From assembly GCF_036588685.1 (NCBI RefSeq), contig NC_086380.1:19902001-19966000 (forward strand): DNA of 64,000 nt, in the 5' to 3' direction. Shown here piece by piece: positions 35,801 through 47,297 of the stretch. Position numbers and translations under genes: made by a program. Positions within the stretch are counted from its first letter, which is position 1, and each line of letters opens with the position of its first letter. Source of the DNA: Mytilus trossulus. Its lineage: Eukaryota. Below the pieces are notes generated by a model. That model did no database searches. It was not told the origin of the DNA and was given only the letters and a program-made list of their open reading frames with translations.

Positions 35801-38582
35801 TAATTGCACTAATTTAAAATCGCATTTGGAATTCTTTTATCCGACTTTAATCAGATTTTTCTAAATATCGCAAAAATTAAAATCGCATTTAAGTCTAAAA
35901 TAAAAATAATAATATAATAAATGCACACAATAATTTCTGAATTTACAGTATCCCAGTGACAGGAAGTCTCAATTGCATAAATAAACTTACCCCACAAGTT
36001 GTACATTCCCTTTATATGACAAAGAACACTGCAGTAAGGTATCCAGAGTTGCCAGGCTGGCTAGCTGGAAAATTTCTATGTATTTACCACCTTTACAGGA
36101 ACTGGCAAATTTTTCCTAATAAATATAAATTAAAATTAGATATTTTCAAAAGAAAAATACATTGACAAAACTTAAAGCACATTGGACTAATAAACTTGCT
36201 GTGTATTGTAATCAATTTAGCTATTTAACAGTTTTATTTAATGCTCCTGAGAACTATTAGTAGCTACTAGAGGAAACTCTACCAAAATGAAATTAAGGGA
36301 GGTTTGTTTCAACTATTCTTTATACTAGCTTCATACCCGTAGCCAGAGGGAGTTCGGGGGGTTTGGACAAACCCCCCCCTTGAAAACAAATAAGCACTGT
36401 TAAAGTCAATGTTCTGTTCGAATTTTTACTGTGAGTCCAACAAACCCCTCCTTGGAAATTCCTGGCTACGGGCCTGAGCTTTTCATATTTTTTTAATCAA
36501 AATGTCAATCAAGAATTTTTTAGAAGAATAGGATTAATACATGAACAAGTACTTACCAATAATGTATCTGCCACATCATTATAAACCTTGAAGTAACCAT
36601 TCAATACACTGAAGTGAAAACCAGGTGTCAGTAAACGCCTATTTCTTTCCCATTTTGGTCCATCTGACACTAGTAAACTGTCTCCTGTAAAATCAGACCA
36701 GACTGATTCTTAACATATATCTTTTACTCCCATACTAGCTATAACTAATGATTTTTTAACCTTTAGTCATACAGCAGCTTCTATATTACTCACTGATCAT
36801 TGATAGCACAAACAAGAGTCAATCACAAAAATTGAACAAATATAACTTTACACCAAGCACTGATAAAATAAACAAGACTCCTTCAATAAGCTTTGTAAAT
36901 TCTAACTACTCTATAAACAAGAGTCATTACAAAATTAAGCTATACTCACCAAGCCACGGTTAAATAAACTAGAATCCTTCATAAGATTTAATTATACTCA
37001 CCAAGAACTGGTTTCATAAACCTAAGTCCTTCACAAGATTTACCTATACTCACCAAGCCATAGTAACATAAACAAAAGTCCTTCACAAGATTTACCTATA
37101 CTTACCAAGCCCTGGTTACATAAACAAGATCCCTTCACAAGATTTACCTATACTCACCAAGCCATGGTTACACAAACAAGATCCCTTCACAAGATTTAGC
37201 TTTAATACTCACCAAGCCATGGCTACACAAACAAGATCCCTTCACAAGATTTAACAATGATCACCAAGCCTTGGTTCACAAAACCAAGAGTTCCCCAAGA
37301 GATTTAGCTATACTCACCAAGCCATGGTAAGACAAACAAATATCCTGCCCCAGACTTGGCTTTAGGTGCATTTGATTTCATTAAAACTTTACTCACCAAG
37401 CCATGGTAGTACAAATAAATATCCTGCCCAGGACTCGGCTTTAGGTGCATTTGATTTCATTAAAACTTTACTCACCAAGCCATGGTAGTACAAATAAATA
37501 TCCTGCCCCAGACTTGGCTTTAGGTGCATTTGATTTCATTAAAACTTTGATGGTATCAGGATGTGTAAGTTGAAGAATTGGACGGTTAATAAACAACCAG
37601 AAAGTGTAAGCTTTAGCATTCTGTTTCTCTACATACTCTTCATGATTTCTACACACAAAATCGTGGTAACAGCCTATCTACAATAAAATATGTCTTGTAA
37701 TACGATTTTAAAAAGATGGGTATATTTATACATGATATAATTCAAATAAGTAGAAAGTTTCATTAAGATGCAATAACTCATGTTACGGGCTAAATATTTT
37801 ATGTTCAAAAGGTCAATCTTTGCAAAGTAAGAACTGAACTACACAAAGGATAAATTTGTTGGACCAGACTAATAGAGGGATGGAATCTAGAATATGTATG
37901 GGTTGATTGGTATAAAATTTCTCCACATTTATAATGTATACAGAAAATTTACTTTAGAACCATTACTCACCTGCAGGGTCTGAAAGGCCCATTCTCAATA
38001 ACATTTATTTACTGAAAAACTAAATAAAATAGTCCTATTTCAAGAGAATGTATCTTATGTATCTAGTCTGGTGAAATTTAGATAAATATATACAGCTTTC
38101 ATTTGAAAAAAATGCTTGCTTGAAAACCTTGATATACATTAGCCCCTTTAGTTTTAAACATAATTAAACTACAGTGAAACTTGTTTAAACCTAACCGCTT
38201 TGGGACTCAAGATTTTGTTTGGTTTTAACCGATGTTTGGTTTTATCAGGTTCACAGCGCATATAATAAGTTATGGAGGGACTTAAGAATATGTTTGGTTT
38301 AAACAGGTTTTCGGTTTATGCAGGATTTGGTTAAGCCAGGTTTCACTGGACATACTAGTAGTTAAGCTTAATAACCCTTTTTTCTACAGAGAAGTCAATG
38401 TCAAGACTAGTACCTACCTGCAATGCATTACCAAACAGCCAGTGAGGTTTGGGGCCTGGAAAATGTGACAATACTTTCTTTATTTTCTTGTACCATCTTA
38501 TAAATGTGAACAACCTTATGACAACGTAGGTCAAAATCAGCACAACCAAACCAACAAGTATTGACATCAGCATTGCACCCAT
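23880..38582 (-). CDS. Cytochrome P450, CYP4 family (CYP4F-like), 503 aa. Exons 38418-38582, 37476-37677, 36557-36684, 35991-36115, 35183-35245, 33309-33432, 31639-31771, 31020-31143, 28515-28710 or 28259-28454, 26553-26635, 24781-24846, 23880-23982
   Basis: 1512 nt in frame with GT-AG introns. N-terminal anchor plus [26 protein letters not shown]-helix [16 protein letters not shown]-helix EVLR, FKPERF, and heme motif FSAGPRNCIG. Confidence 0.93.
25217..25404. mobile_element. MITE, copy of 2574-2773
   Basis: Colinear similarity. Degenerate ~10-bp flanking repeat TATCATGGAT / TATTATGGTA. Confidence 0.6.
26692..26964. mobile_element. MITE with TTAA TSD (Kolobok-like)
   Basis: TIR GGTGGTACCCAACACT / AGTGTTAGGTACCACC flanked by TTAA on both sides. 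Confidence 0.75.
27032..27240. mobile_element. Tc1/mariner-type MITE (TA TSD)
   Basis: TA-CTGTGGATTCATT...AATGAATCCACAG-TA. Relatives at ~29228-29316 and ~31261-31466. Confidence 0.7.
28259..28454 (-). CDS. CYP4 exon 9b (duplicate K-helix exon)
   Basis: 196 nt, acceptor tttcag, donor gtaagt. Encodes [34 protein letters not shown]...HIWPEPW. Confidence 0.85.
28515..28710 (-). CDS. CYP4 exon 9a (duplicate K-helix exon)
   Basis: 196 nt, acceptor tttcag, donor gttagt. Encodes [34 protein letters not shown]...HVWPEPW. Confidence 0.85.
29618..30324. mobile_element. Non-autonomous TIR element
   Basis: ~30-bp inverted ends ATATGTTCCAGACCGTATGAGTATTTGGACC / GGTCCAAATACTTATATGGTCTGGAACATAT. Confidence 0.6.
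31961..32802. repeat. Tandem dimer of a 417-bp unit, each copy ending in a ~175-bp palindrome
   Basis: Units start at 31961 and 32378. Arms ...ATATTTCTCCACT..ACAGTTAAATTTTATTATTTAAAG / CTTTAAATAATAAAATTTAACTGT..AGTGGAGAAATAT... Confidence 0.8.
33645..34766. mobile_element. Non-autonomous TIR element nested in a SINE-like repeat
   Basis: CAGTGGCGGATTTA..GGGGGG / CCCCCC..CTGGATCCGCCCCTTG ends. The host repeat (33535-33644) resumes at 34767. Confidence 0.6.
36851..37475 (-). repeat. Tandem array of CYP4 exon-2 3' end plus splice donor
   Basis: (C/T)ACCAAG cores at 37473 (true donor), 37394, 37315, 37262, 37210, 37155, 37103, 37051, 36999, 36947, 36851. Spacings 79, 79, 53, 52, 55, 52, 52, 52, 52, 96. 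Confidence 0.9.
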
Positions 38583-39761
38583 TCTATCTAGATCACAAAA
38601 TTATCTGTAGAAATGGAAAAAAGTAATTTTAGATAATATATTTACCATGTTTTAATATCATTCAGATACATATAATTTGTTCCATAGTGTAAATGATAAT
38701 TGATGTATTGTGAAGTTGTTATGTTCTATAAATCTGAAAATTATAGCTGTTGAAGTGGAGAAATCGGCCTTATCAAATTTGCCTGAATTTGTGTTCGTCA
38801 TATTGGGATGATTATAATTGCAGTTTTGATCATCATGTTGACACAAGTGATATATGAGGGACTTTAACCCTCAATCTTATGGCCTGTTGGCACAAATTGA
38901 TTCAAATGTGCAGATTTACTCCTTCATTCCTTTTGCTTAATATAGTTATCCTCTCTATGGTTTTAAAGGATATATGCTGGTTAAGATTAGGTTTGAGGAA
39001 TTGCAGCATCAAATCTGCCAATTCTGTTAATATAATTTGTCATTATTTGTAGTTTGGCATTCATCTATATTGATGTTCTTGTCTTCTAACAAGTTCTAGT
39101 CGAATTAATATGGTAGCTGGTAAATGCTGGTAGGGTTCGAATTAGGATGGAGTCTGTGACTATTTCTGCGTTATTAAATATTGTATGCCATTTTTCTCTA
39201 TTCTTTATTTTCTAGTCTTAGCACATTTAGCCTTTAAACGTCTATATACATATCTAGGTCAATGTCAGAAAAATATATACTTTTTTGTATAATTGGCACA
39301 AAACTGGGGAAGGGCTTGCCATTCACGAGTTTTTTAGCCTCATACAAACAAGTTTATATTTTTATTTTTGTGACATTGACCTAATATTGTATATTTATTT
39401 AACAGGGTGAGACTAGATAAGCGAAAAGCAAATGTGAACTCATATTATTTCTTTAATCATTTCCTTTTTTACCTATTATATTTGCTTTTTAAATAAAGAA
39501 TTACTCTTTTTTTCTTATGCACTGCGTAGACTTTGGTTATTGGTCAAGATTTTCTACAATTTAACAAAGATGAAGAATTTAGTTGTAGATGAAGTGTATT
39601 TACGATGTTCTCTGTCATGTGTCAAAGAGAAAGTGAAACCAAAGTTGTTACTTTTCCCGACCAATGAAAATTGACGTAATATCAAGAGTGTGGATAACTA
39701 TCCAAGAAGAGTTCGAGTTGAAGTTCGAATTAACATTACGAATTCGAATATTTGATTAAAC

Positions 39762-39804
39762 CAAGGATTTGTATAGTTAAACTAAATAACTATACAAATC
39801 CTTG
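39762..39804. mobile_element. 43-bp TIR-only remnant, probable P-superfamily excision footprint
   Basis: CAAGGATTTGTATAGTTA + AACTAAA + TAACTATACAAATCCTTG (perfect 18-bp inverted repeat) flanked by ATTAAAC at 39755-39761 and 39805-39811. Confidence 0.6.
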
Positions 39805-40189
39805 ATTAAACCATTTATGATGATCAGATCGGCCCCTAGTATGTTACAAATAATGATTACAAATAGACATTAGTAAAAAAAAAAAAGAACAATACTGATG
39901 CTAATGTTTTTGATTTGGAAATTTTTATTTTAATAAAAATGATTAATTACTGAGAAAGAATTTAATTTCTTGCAAGATTTATTCTACTTCGCTGTTTCGA
40001 AATTGTTTACCAAAGTTCAGTTATATATTTTATGATTTAAAAATCAGTTGAAATCTACTCACTTGCATATTGACCTGTTAAATTACATACCTGCAATTTT
40101 CACTTCAAGATTGATTTTCACTTCAAGATTGGTTTTCACACGGTAAACACTTAGTTCTTTTATATATATATAAATTGTATCTATTTTCG

Positions 40190-40385
40190 AGTTGAAGCGT
40201 CGATCAACGATTTCGATAGATTTAAGAGAAAAATATTTATAGATTTGAATTTTTGGAGCTAGAGTTGATGCGTCGATCAACGATTTCGATAGTTTTAAGG
40301 ATTTTTTTTTATAGATTTGAACTTGTGAAGTTATATATAGTTGAAGCGTCGATCAACTATTTCATTAGTTTTGAATATACATAGA
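40190..40385. repeat. Three copies of a ~75-bp unit with a GTTGAAGCGTCGATCAAC hairpin core
   Basis: Cores at ~40190, 40264 and 40340. Preceded by an 18-bp triple repeat TTTTCACTTCAAGATTGA at ~40096-40140. Confidence 0.7.
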
Positions 40386-40505
40386 TTTGTAATTTTCAGT
40401 TGAATTTTTTGATAACTTTCTAATATTTTCCTCTTCCGTGAAGTGATTTTAAATACCAAATTTAGATACAACTATTTCTGTTGTTCAGTTATCATTTCAG
40501 CAAGT

Positions 40506-40793
40506 ATGGACGAGACAGCAATATCATGGTTGTATTCATTATTAACACCAGAGGAACAAGTAGATATTGGTGACGAATTGCGTCCTGCTGTCGTTAGTCC
40601 TACTCAGTCTTTTGATATTGAGCTCGAGGGGGAGTTAAATGTGAAGTTCATTGAGAATAAGAGAGATGCGTTAAGAAAACAATCTCAGGGAGCGCATAAA
40701 CAGCAAGAGGAAATACAGGTGCTGTCGGAGACTATTTCCAGAGAGCAGTTACATTGTACACTGGATATATACAGAAACAGAACAAAAAGTTAG
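40506..40793 (+). other. Orphan 95-aa ORF of unknown origin (possibly transposon-derived)
   Basis: ATG 5 nt after a tttcag acceptor-like site. Acidic N-terminal half and coiled-coil-like segment (MDETAISWLYSLLTPEEQVDIGDEL...). No recognisable family. Confidence 0.25.
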
Positions 40794-42227
40794 AGACCTG
40801 AGCAAGGTGTATATGAACTTTTATTTATAGTGATTATTTTAATTATCTTGTAATCTTTTTAAGTTTAGAAATTATTTTTTTAACTGTTCCTATAATAGTA
40901 TTGTTTTAAATTATCATTTTTTTTACCTAGAACAGTATTTTTTTTTTAAATTATAAACGCTTAGTGCTTTGCGTTACTTTACAGTTTTTTGTTGATCTTT
41001 ATATCCCCCTCTAGTAACTTAAATCGTGTTCAGTAGATCTAGGTTGTGAGGCAACTTTTACGAGAAAGGCTTTTTAAACTCTGACCTCTTTTAATAGCAG
41101 GGGGAGAGTTTTGTGGCAGATTTCTCTTTTGGTTTTCCAGAGGGTTGACTTCAGCAGATCCTTGATTATATTCTTTATGGACACCAGGGAGGCTTGTTTG
41201 TTAGCTGACTCTGTTTATATAAACCATTTATTTAGTGTGCCTTCTCAATACTATTTTTACCCCTTTTTTTTTTTGGCTGCGGACCTTCGGTTTGGCGGGT
41301 TAATTGTATGCAATTACATTTTTAGAATTTATACCTTGATAATTCTTGTAATTGTTTCTTTATTTGAACTATAATTGTGTTGTGTGATACCATATCATTA
41401 GCCTAATAAAATGTTTTTATGATACATGTATTTTCATGATTTCGAAAGTAATTTGATACCTGTTACCTAGTCTATATCTTCCTCCTCTAGCAGGAGCTTC
41501 GCTTCTATAGTGTAATTCAAATTTGCACCCTTATTTGCACCCTAACCCTTACACACGGGGCACTCATAAAATCAGTATACGTAGTTATTATAATTTATAA
41601 CAGTAACATATATATATACAGCATGCGGAATAATCCATCACCATGTAAACGTAGTTAACTATATATATTACAATGTCCAATCGTTCATAGCCGGATCACT
41701 ATTATGTCTCCATATAACATAGGGTTAAATAGTCTATAATTAAAACACTCCTGCCCTCGCAATAGCATTTACTGTTCAAACACTGTCCTTGTTATCTTTA
41801 AAATCTAAAAAACTTTTCACTGTTCATTTGGTAAGCAATTATTCCATATAAAACACGCAAATAAAATATTTAAAATCTAAAACCACTTGATATTTTACAA
41901 GCCTTGGATACGAGTTTTCAGTTCAAACACTATCCATCTCTCAATATTGCAGAATAAATCCTGACACAATCCAGTAAATGCGAATCAAATTTACTCAGAC
42001 ATTAAAAGTAAACGTTTGTGATATAGTTTGTAACACAGACCTCTGGTTAATGATATCATCAGGATTTCACCATAGCAGTTGTTTTCTTAGTATTTATAAA
42101 ACATTTTAACAACTATGAAATTTAAAATGAGGGATTAACTCGAGTGGTTCAAGTAAAATGGTGTTGTTGAAACCCGAGTTAGTAAAGTAAACTCGAGTTT
42201 CAATAGTCTCGATCATCCAGCCGCAAT

Positions 42228-42732
42228 GGCCGAGTACACTTGAAACTCTCGAGTTAACTTTACTTACTCGGGTTTGAACAATACGATTTTACTTGAACCA
42301 CTCGAGTTAAACCCTCGTTCTCGAGGTCCAACCCTCACCGAGCTAGGGTTAAACTCAAGAAACTCTTGAATGACGTCAAACCAATGATTATACTTTATTT
42401 TTTATGCTTGGTCAGGTCTTTACCCTAAGGTTACATAGGCCGAGTTCACTTGAAACTCTCAGTTAACTTTACTAACTCGGGTTTCAACAAAACGATTTAA
42501 CTGGAACTACTCGAGTTAACCCCTCGTACACTTGTTCCAACCCTCACCGAGCCAGGGTTAAACTCGAGAAACTCTTAAATGACGTCAAACCAATGAGAAT
42601 ATTTAATTTTTATGCTTGGTCAGGGTCTTACCCTAGAGTTACTTAGAGTTGTTCCGAATATCAAATCGAGTGCTTTCACGTGATAATCTATCAACTCGGA
42701 AGTCGATTGTAGTGTTTCAAGTGAACTCGGCC
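42228..42732. mobile_element. PIF/Harbinger-type MITE with an internal tandem duplication
   Basis: TIR GGCCGAGT(A/T)CACTTGAAAC / GTTTCAAGTGAACTCGGCC and 3-bp TSD AAT. The left ~210 bp is repeated from 42438. An inverted related fragment lies at 42129-42215. Confidence 0.75.
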
Positions 42733-43576
42733 AATATTTTTCAAAGTATTTAAATATGCATCTGGGTAATAAAAAATGGAGACTAGAATTTCAAATGAAC
42801 TCGGAAAGGATGTTCATATGAAAGTAAAGTTCGATGTCAAATCCCCCGCGGAAAGCTGACACATCATTCTTTCGTCTGATACTAATGTTTTGATAATATC
42901 TTTATTAGGGAATTTATTGTAAGCGTTCCCGTGTTTGAAAGAACAAAATTCGATAGTAAAAAAAAAATGCACCGTGGGAAAACGCTACCGACAGGGCTAA
43001 AATGAAAGAATAATGTTTGTTTTATCTTCATGTGGATTTTAAGCAGTGAGAAATTTCGGTTCATCAAACTATTTAATCAAGCGACTTTTCCCGATTTGTC
43101 ATTCCACTTACATCCGTCGTCATCTATATGAAAGGCATACAGTAACTAGTATATATTTGTTAAGGGGGCCAGCTGAAGGACGCCTCCGGGTGCGGGAATT
43201 TCTCGCTACATTGAAGACCTGTTGGTGACCTTTTGCTGTTGATTTTTCTATGGTCGGGTTGTTGTCTCTTAGACACATCCCCCATTTCCACTCTCAATTT
43301 TATATCAATATCTACCTTTATATATACAAAACCAAACTGCATGAAGTTTATAAATAGCGCATTTAAATCATGACTTTTTGAGAGTTATTTTATAAAAGAT
43401 AAATATTTGCAATAAAAGAAATAGTAATACCAGGTGCTTTAATTCATCCTTATTTTTGACCACGACAATGCTATTTAAATCATATAATTATCTAGACGTG
43501 AGAACAGGGTGAATTCATGAACAATTGTTAATAAAAAAAAAGTGGCCTTTAACAAGTGAGTGAAAACAGGTTCACA

Positions 43577-45643
43577 ATGGGTGATCATCCTACAAGATTG
43601 TTTTCATGGATTATAAAAACTAGTTCATTAATGTGTATCTTCCTTTCGAGTATTTACATATTTTTATACAGGAATAGTATACATCTTTACATAGGAAGCG
43701 ATATTTCTTTAGATTTTTCAACCCAAAAATATATAGGATCTGACATTACTAGTTTTTCTTTAGGAGAATTAGGAGATTTGAAGGAAGTAAATCAATACAA
43801 TTCTACAACCAACGTTTCAATCAAAAGCTATGATGGATTTAATGAAAACAATCAGTCAGCAAAGCAAGACTCTTGGAAATTTCTTGTGGATTCAGAAAAT
43901 TGCAAAATTCCTGACCTGGATCCATTCGATGCTAAAATTAAAGATTTGTTGATACTTCATCCCGAACCTTACAAGTGCGATGATAACGATTTTATAACAT
44001 ATATTCAAAATAACACGTTATTTCTCAATTTGATGAAGAAAGCACGAAAACGTGTATCGTACTGCCGATTCAAACCGATTTATTTTAACAGCATTACTGG
44101 CAAATCAAGTGAACCATTTATATATTTTATTGATATAGAAGATGAATTCTTAAAGGTGGAATGCTTTGATCATTCTAGAGATTTAGTTGTTGAAAATTTC
44201 CACATCAATTTTAAACAAAAAATTCCAAAATTGTACGTAGCAGACGACAGGATTCCACTTGACAAAGGGAATAATAAAAATGATACAGAGTCAACGAAGA
44301 TCAATATGCATCATTCTAGACGAAAGTCGTTCGCCGACAAGAAAATGGATTTTGCAATAACTGATCGCTTGAATATAATGTTGATAATGATAGATTCAAC
44401 ATCGCGTATTAATTCTTTACGATATTTCACCAATACCCGTCGTTATCTGACGGAAACATTAGGAGCAGTGGAGATGCTTGGATACAACAAACTAGCAGAC
44501 AATACAATGGTCAACATGGTACCACTTCTGACTGGAGAATTTGCAAAAAATCTGACATGTTTAAAAAGTCACCAAGGAGTAGATAATTGTTCTTTTATCT
44601 GGCAAAAATATTCACAAAATGGATATTTAACACATTTTGGTGAAGACATGACATTTGCAGGAACATTTCATTACACACTAAACGGATTTAAAGAGCAGCC
44701 TACAGATTATTACGACAGGCCGTTTTACTATCACAACGAAAAGTCCTCCGATGGTGTGGCAGATACATGCTTTCATGGTAAATCATCGTCTGAATCGCTG
44801 TATCAAAGAATGTATGACCTGGCATATAATCTGAGAAACCAGCGTTACTTTTCCCTCAATATTCACTCACGAAATACACATACTTATCTCGAAGGTCTTG
44901 CAGATATGGACAATTTGACACTTGACACAATATCAAAATTATATGAGAATAATTTGCTTAATAATACTTTCATGGCAATTTTTGGTGATCATGGTTTACG
45001 TTTCGGTGAAGTGAGACAGACTTTTATTGGTCAGTTAGAAGAAAGGTTGCCTATGATGTTTCTATACTTACCCGAGTGGTTTAAAAACAAATACAGTAAC
45101 CATATGACAAATTTGAAGACAAATTCTAGACGTCTAACAACCCATTTTGATATGTTTTACACGCTATTAGATTTGTTAAACTTGGATAAGAAGGGACCGG
45201 TCAAGAGAGGAATTTCCCTTTTTCGTGAGATTCCACGTGACAGGACATGCGAAGATGCATATATAGACCAACATTGGTGCACGTGTAATTATCATCTTAC
45301 CGTAATGGATAATGATACAGTTAAAAACACATTATCAAACATTTTGATAAAACATCTCAATTCTTTGTTGGAAGATTATGACAGAGAAACAAAATGTTCC
45401 AACTTGACTTTAGTGTCCGTAATTTCGTCTGTAGCTGTAACATCTAAATCAGGCAAAGATAAGGGTCACAGAATTGTAATTAAAACAGAACCAGGGAACG
45501 GAGTATTTGAAGCCACACTTCGATATCAATCTAGCTCCGGTTTATTTCATGTGAAAGGAGATGTCAGTAGACTGAGTAAATATGGCGACAGTTCAAAATG
45601 CGTTACAGGGAAAACTTTACGAAAAATATGTTTTTGTATTTGA
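43577..45643 (+). CDS. DUF229-family protein (alkaline phosphatase/sulfatase superfamily), copy A, 688 aa, single coding exon
   Basis: First ATG at 43577. N-terminal hydrophobic anchor and CKIPDLDPF. Core motifs NIMLIMIDSTSR, GYNKLADNT, GFKEQPTDYYDRPF, FGDHGLRFG, LEERLP, RLTTHFD, RTCEDAYIDQHWCTC. C-terminal RKICFC. Confidence 0.9.
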   Translation: MGDHPTRLFSWIIKTSSLMCIFLSSIYIFLYRNSIHLYIGSDISLDFSTQKYIGSDITSFSLGELGDLKEVNQYNSTTNVSIKSYDGFNENNQSAKQDSWKFLVDSENCKIPDLDPFDAKIKDLLILHPEPYKCDDNDFITYIQNNTLFLNLMKKARKRVSYCRFKPIYFNSITGKSSEPFIYFIDIEDEFLKVECFDHSRDLVVENFHINFKQKIPKLYVADDRIPLDKGNNKNDTESTKINMHHSRRKSFADKKMDFAITDRLNIMLIMIDSTSRINSLRYFTNTRRYLTETLGAVEMLGYNKLADNTMVNMVPLLTGEFAKNLTCLKSHQGVDNCSFIWQKYSQNGYLTHFGEDMTFAGTFHYTLNGFKEQPTDYYDRPFYYHNEKSSDGVADTCFHGKSSSESLYQRMYDLAYNLRNQRYFSLNIHSRNTHTYLEGLADMDNLTLDTISKLYENNLLNNTFMAIFGDHGLRFGEVRQTFIGQLEERLPMMFLYLPEWFKNKYSNHMTNLKTNSRRLTTHFDMFYTLLDLLNLDKKGPVKRGISLFREIPRDRTCEDAYIDQHWCTCNYHLTVMDNDTVKNTLSNILIKHLNSLLEDYDRETKCSNLTLVSVISSVAVTSKSGKDKGHRIVIKTEPGNGVFEATLRYQSSSGLFHVKGDVSRLSKYGDSSKCVTGKTLRKICFCI

Positions 45644-47297
45644 TAATATGAATCCAATGATATTTTTGTATTGTCTACTAAAAAAAATAAAGGTACTGTG
45701 GTAAGTTTTCAATATTTTATTCATTATAACTGTTATAACCATTTAAGAATCGAAAATGCATGTTTTTATTCACAGGTATTAATATGATTAGAAAAAAATC
45801 CAATTGTTGCCCGGAAATTAATTCAGTGAAGAAAATTGATAAGCTGTTAATTTGGTTTTAGAGATTTGGTACATATACAATTATATATTTTGACAGAGTT
45901 GATTTGTATATTAGACTATAAGATAAGATAAGAAAAAAAATCTTTTAGTGTCATGACTTTTTAAAGTGTAATGACTGTATCGACAAAAGTCTGTCAAGCA
46001 GTACACAACCCCTACTTCACCTGTAAGTATCAATAGTAAATACAATATTCCCTGAAGCCATTCATGTACGCATCTAAACAAATAGAATACAGATAAATAC
46101 TTAATTCAAATCTTCATTTTCTTTATAATAAGATTTATACATGGTTTTCTTGTTAATACATACAACAATTTATTTGAAAAGATTTCTGTCAACATTTTCT
46201 TTAAGAGTATAAATATTTACACAGGATTTAGACTATAGGTAATAAATATATACAAAACATGGTGCACGAATAGCAGAAAGTTTTTACTTCATACAAATTT
46301 GAATAGTTTCGGAACAAATAATTAAGTTTCCATTTATTCATACAAAAAAAAACTTTGTTGAAATTTTGATAGCGCATGTCATAGCCACTATGCGCAATAG
46401 CCTAATATGCAAACAATGTTTAAAAAAAACAATAATATAAAGAACTTTTGTCATGAAGTGTCTTAGTATCATGGCTGCGTAGATCAACAGAAATTGCACT
46501 CACTGATATTATTCCAAATACATTATATAAAGTTATTTCCAAGTGGGATTTTTTTCTCGGTTTATGCCTTAAATAAAACGGTAATACCTTCGTCATGTTC
46601 ACGGTTTAGGCTTTATATGAGAGGTTATGTCATATATTCGTTGTGTTTAGACTTAAGATGGGGGGTTATGTCATATCTGCCTTGTATTCAAGGTGTATGC
46701 CTTATATCGGACATCATGTTATATGAACAAAAATACATGACAAAATTCGTATCATTTGTCGTATTATCTCGAGGTAGCAATATCAGCCCGAGGATAATAT
46801 TGGTCAAGGGTGATATCATATATTTAGAAAGGATAGTATTATATGATCTGCTTTCTGATCCGTATCATCTAGGTTATCTTCAGATTTACTTTTGTCTTGT
46901 TTTAAAACCTTTAACAGAACTGCTCAATGGTTCATCCGAAGCAAATGGGTTACCTTACATTAAGCGTTCTGTTGATCATATAAATATTTTGTTCATTGTA
47001 TATTTTGGTGCTTTGTGTGGTATTTCCTTGAGTTATTTTAGCTCACCTGGCCTGAAATCATCATTGGGGTATTTAGTGTAAGAAATGTATCTGACGACCT
47101 CGCCTCCAACCAACATGGTCGCCATGGCATAAAACAAAACAATTGGGGGGGGGGGGGGGGGGAGAGGGGGCAAATGTTGTTATTGTCTTATATCTCTGAA
47201 ACTAAAGTATGTTGACGACGGACGGACAACGGTATACCATAATACTTCCCATAAACGGGCGTATTCAAATAAGTAACTATCATATTTAAGCTAATAA

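Noticed and set aside
36851-37475. CRISPR-like appearance of regularly spaced repeats
   Set aside because: The spacers are homologous to each other, the repeat is the exon end plus donor, the context is eukaryotic and there are no cas genes.
41520-41562. CCCTAACCCT as a telomerase RNA template
   Set aside because: Isolated 10-mer within a short TTTGCACCCT repeat. No pseudoknot or H/ACA domain is evident.
43556-43576. GTG start of the 695-aa ORF and TTG start of the 564-aa ORF (53298)
   Set aside because: Bacterial-style starts from the ORF caller. The eukaryotic ATG is at 43577, and 52930 in copy B.
43577-45643. Horizontal transfer or retrocopy origin for the intronless DUF229 genes
   Set aside because: Base composition matches the host, DUF229 is a metazoan family, and there is no poly(A) tail or TSD.
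46494-47081. 195-aa plus-strand ORF
   Set aside because: Non-ATG start, no motifs, composition typical of AT-rich repeat DNA, and it runs into a HINE end.
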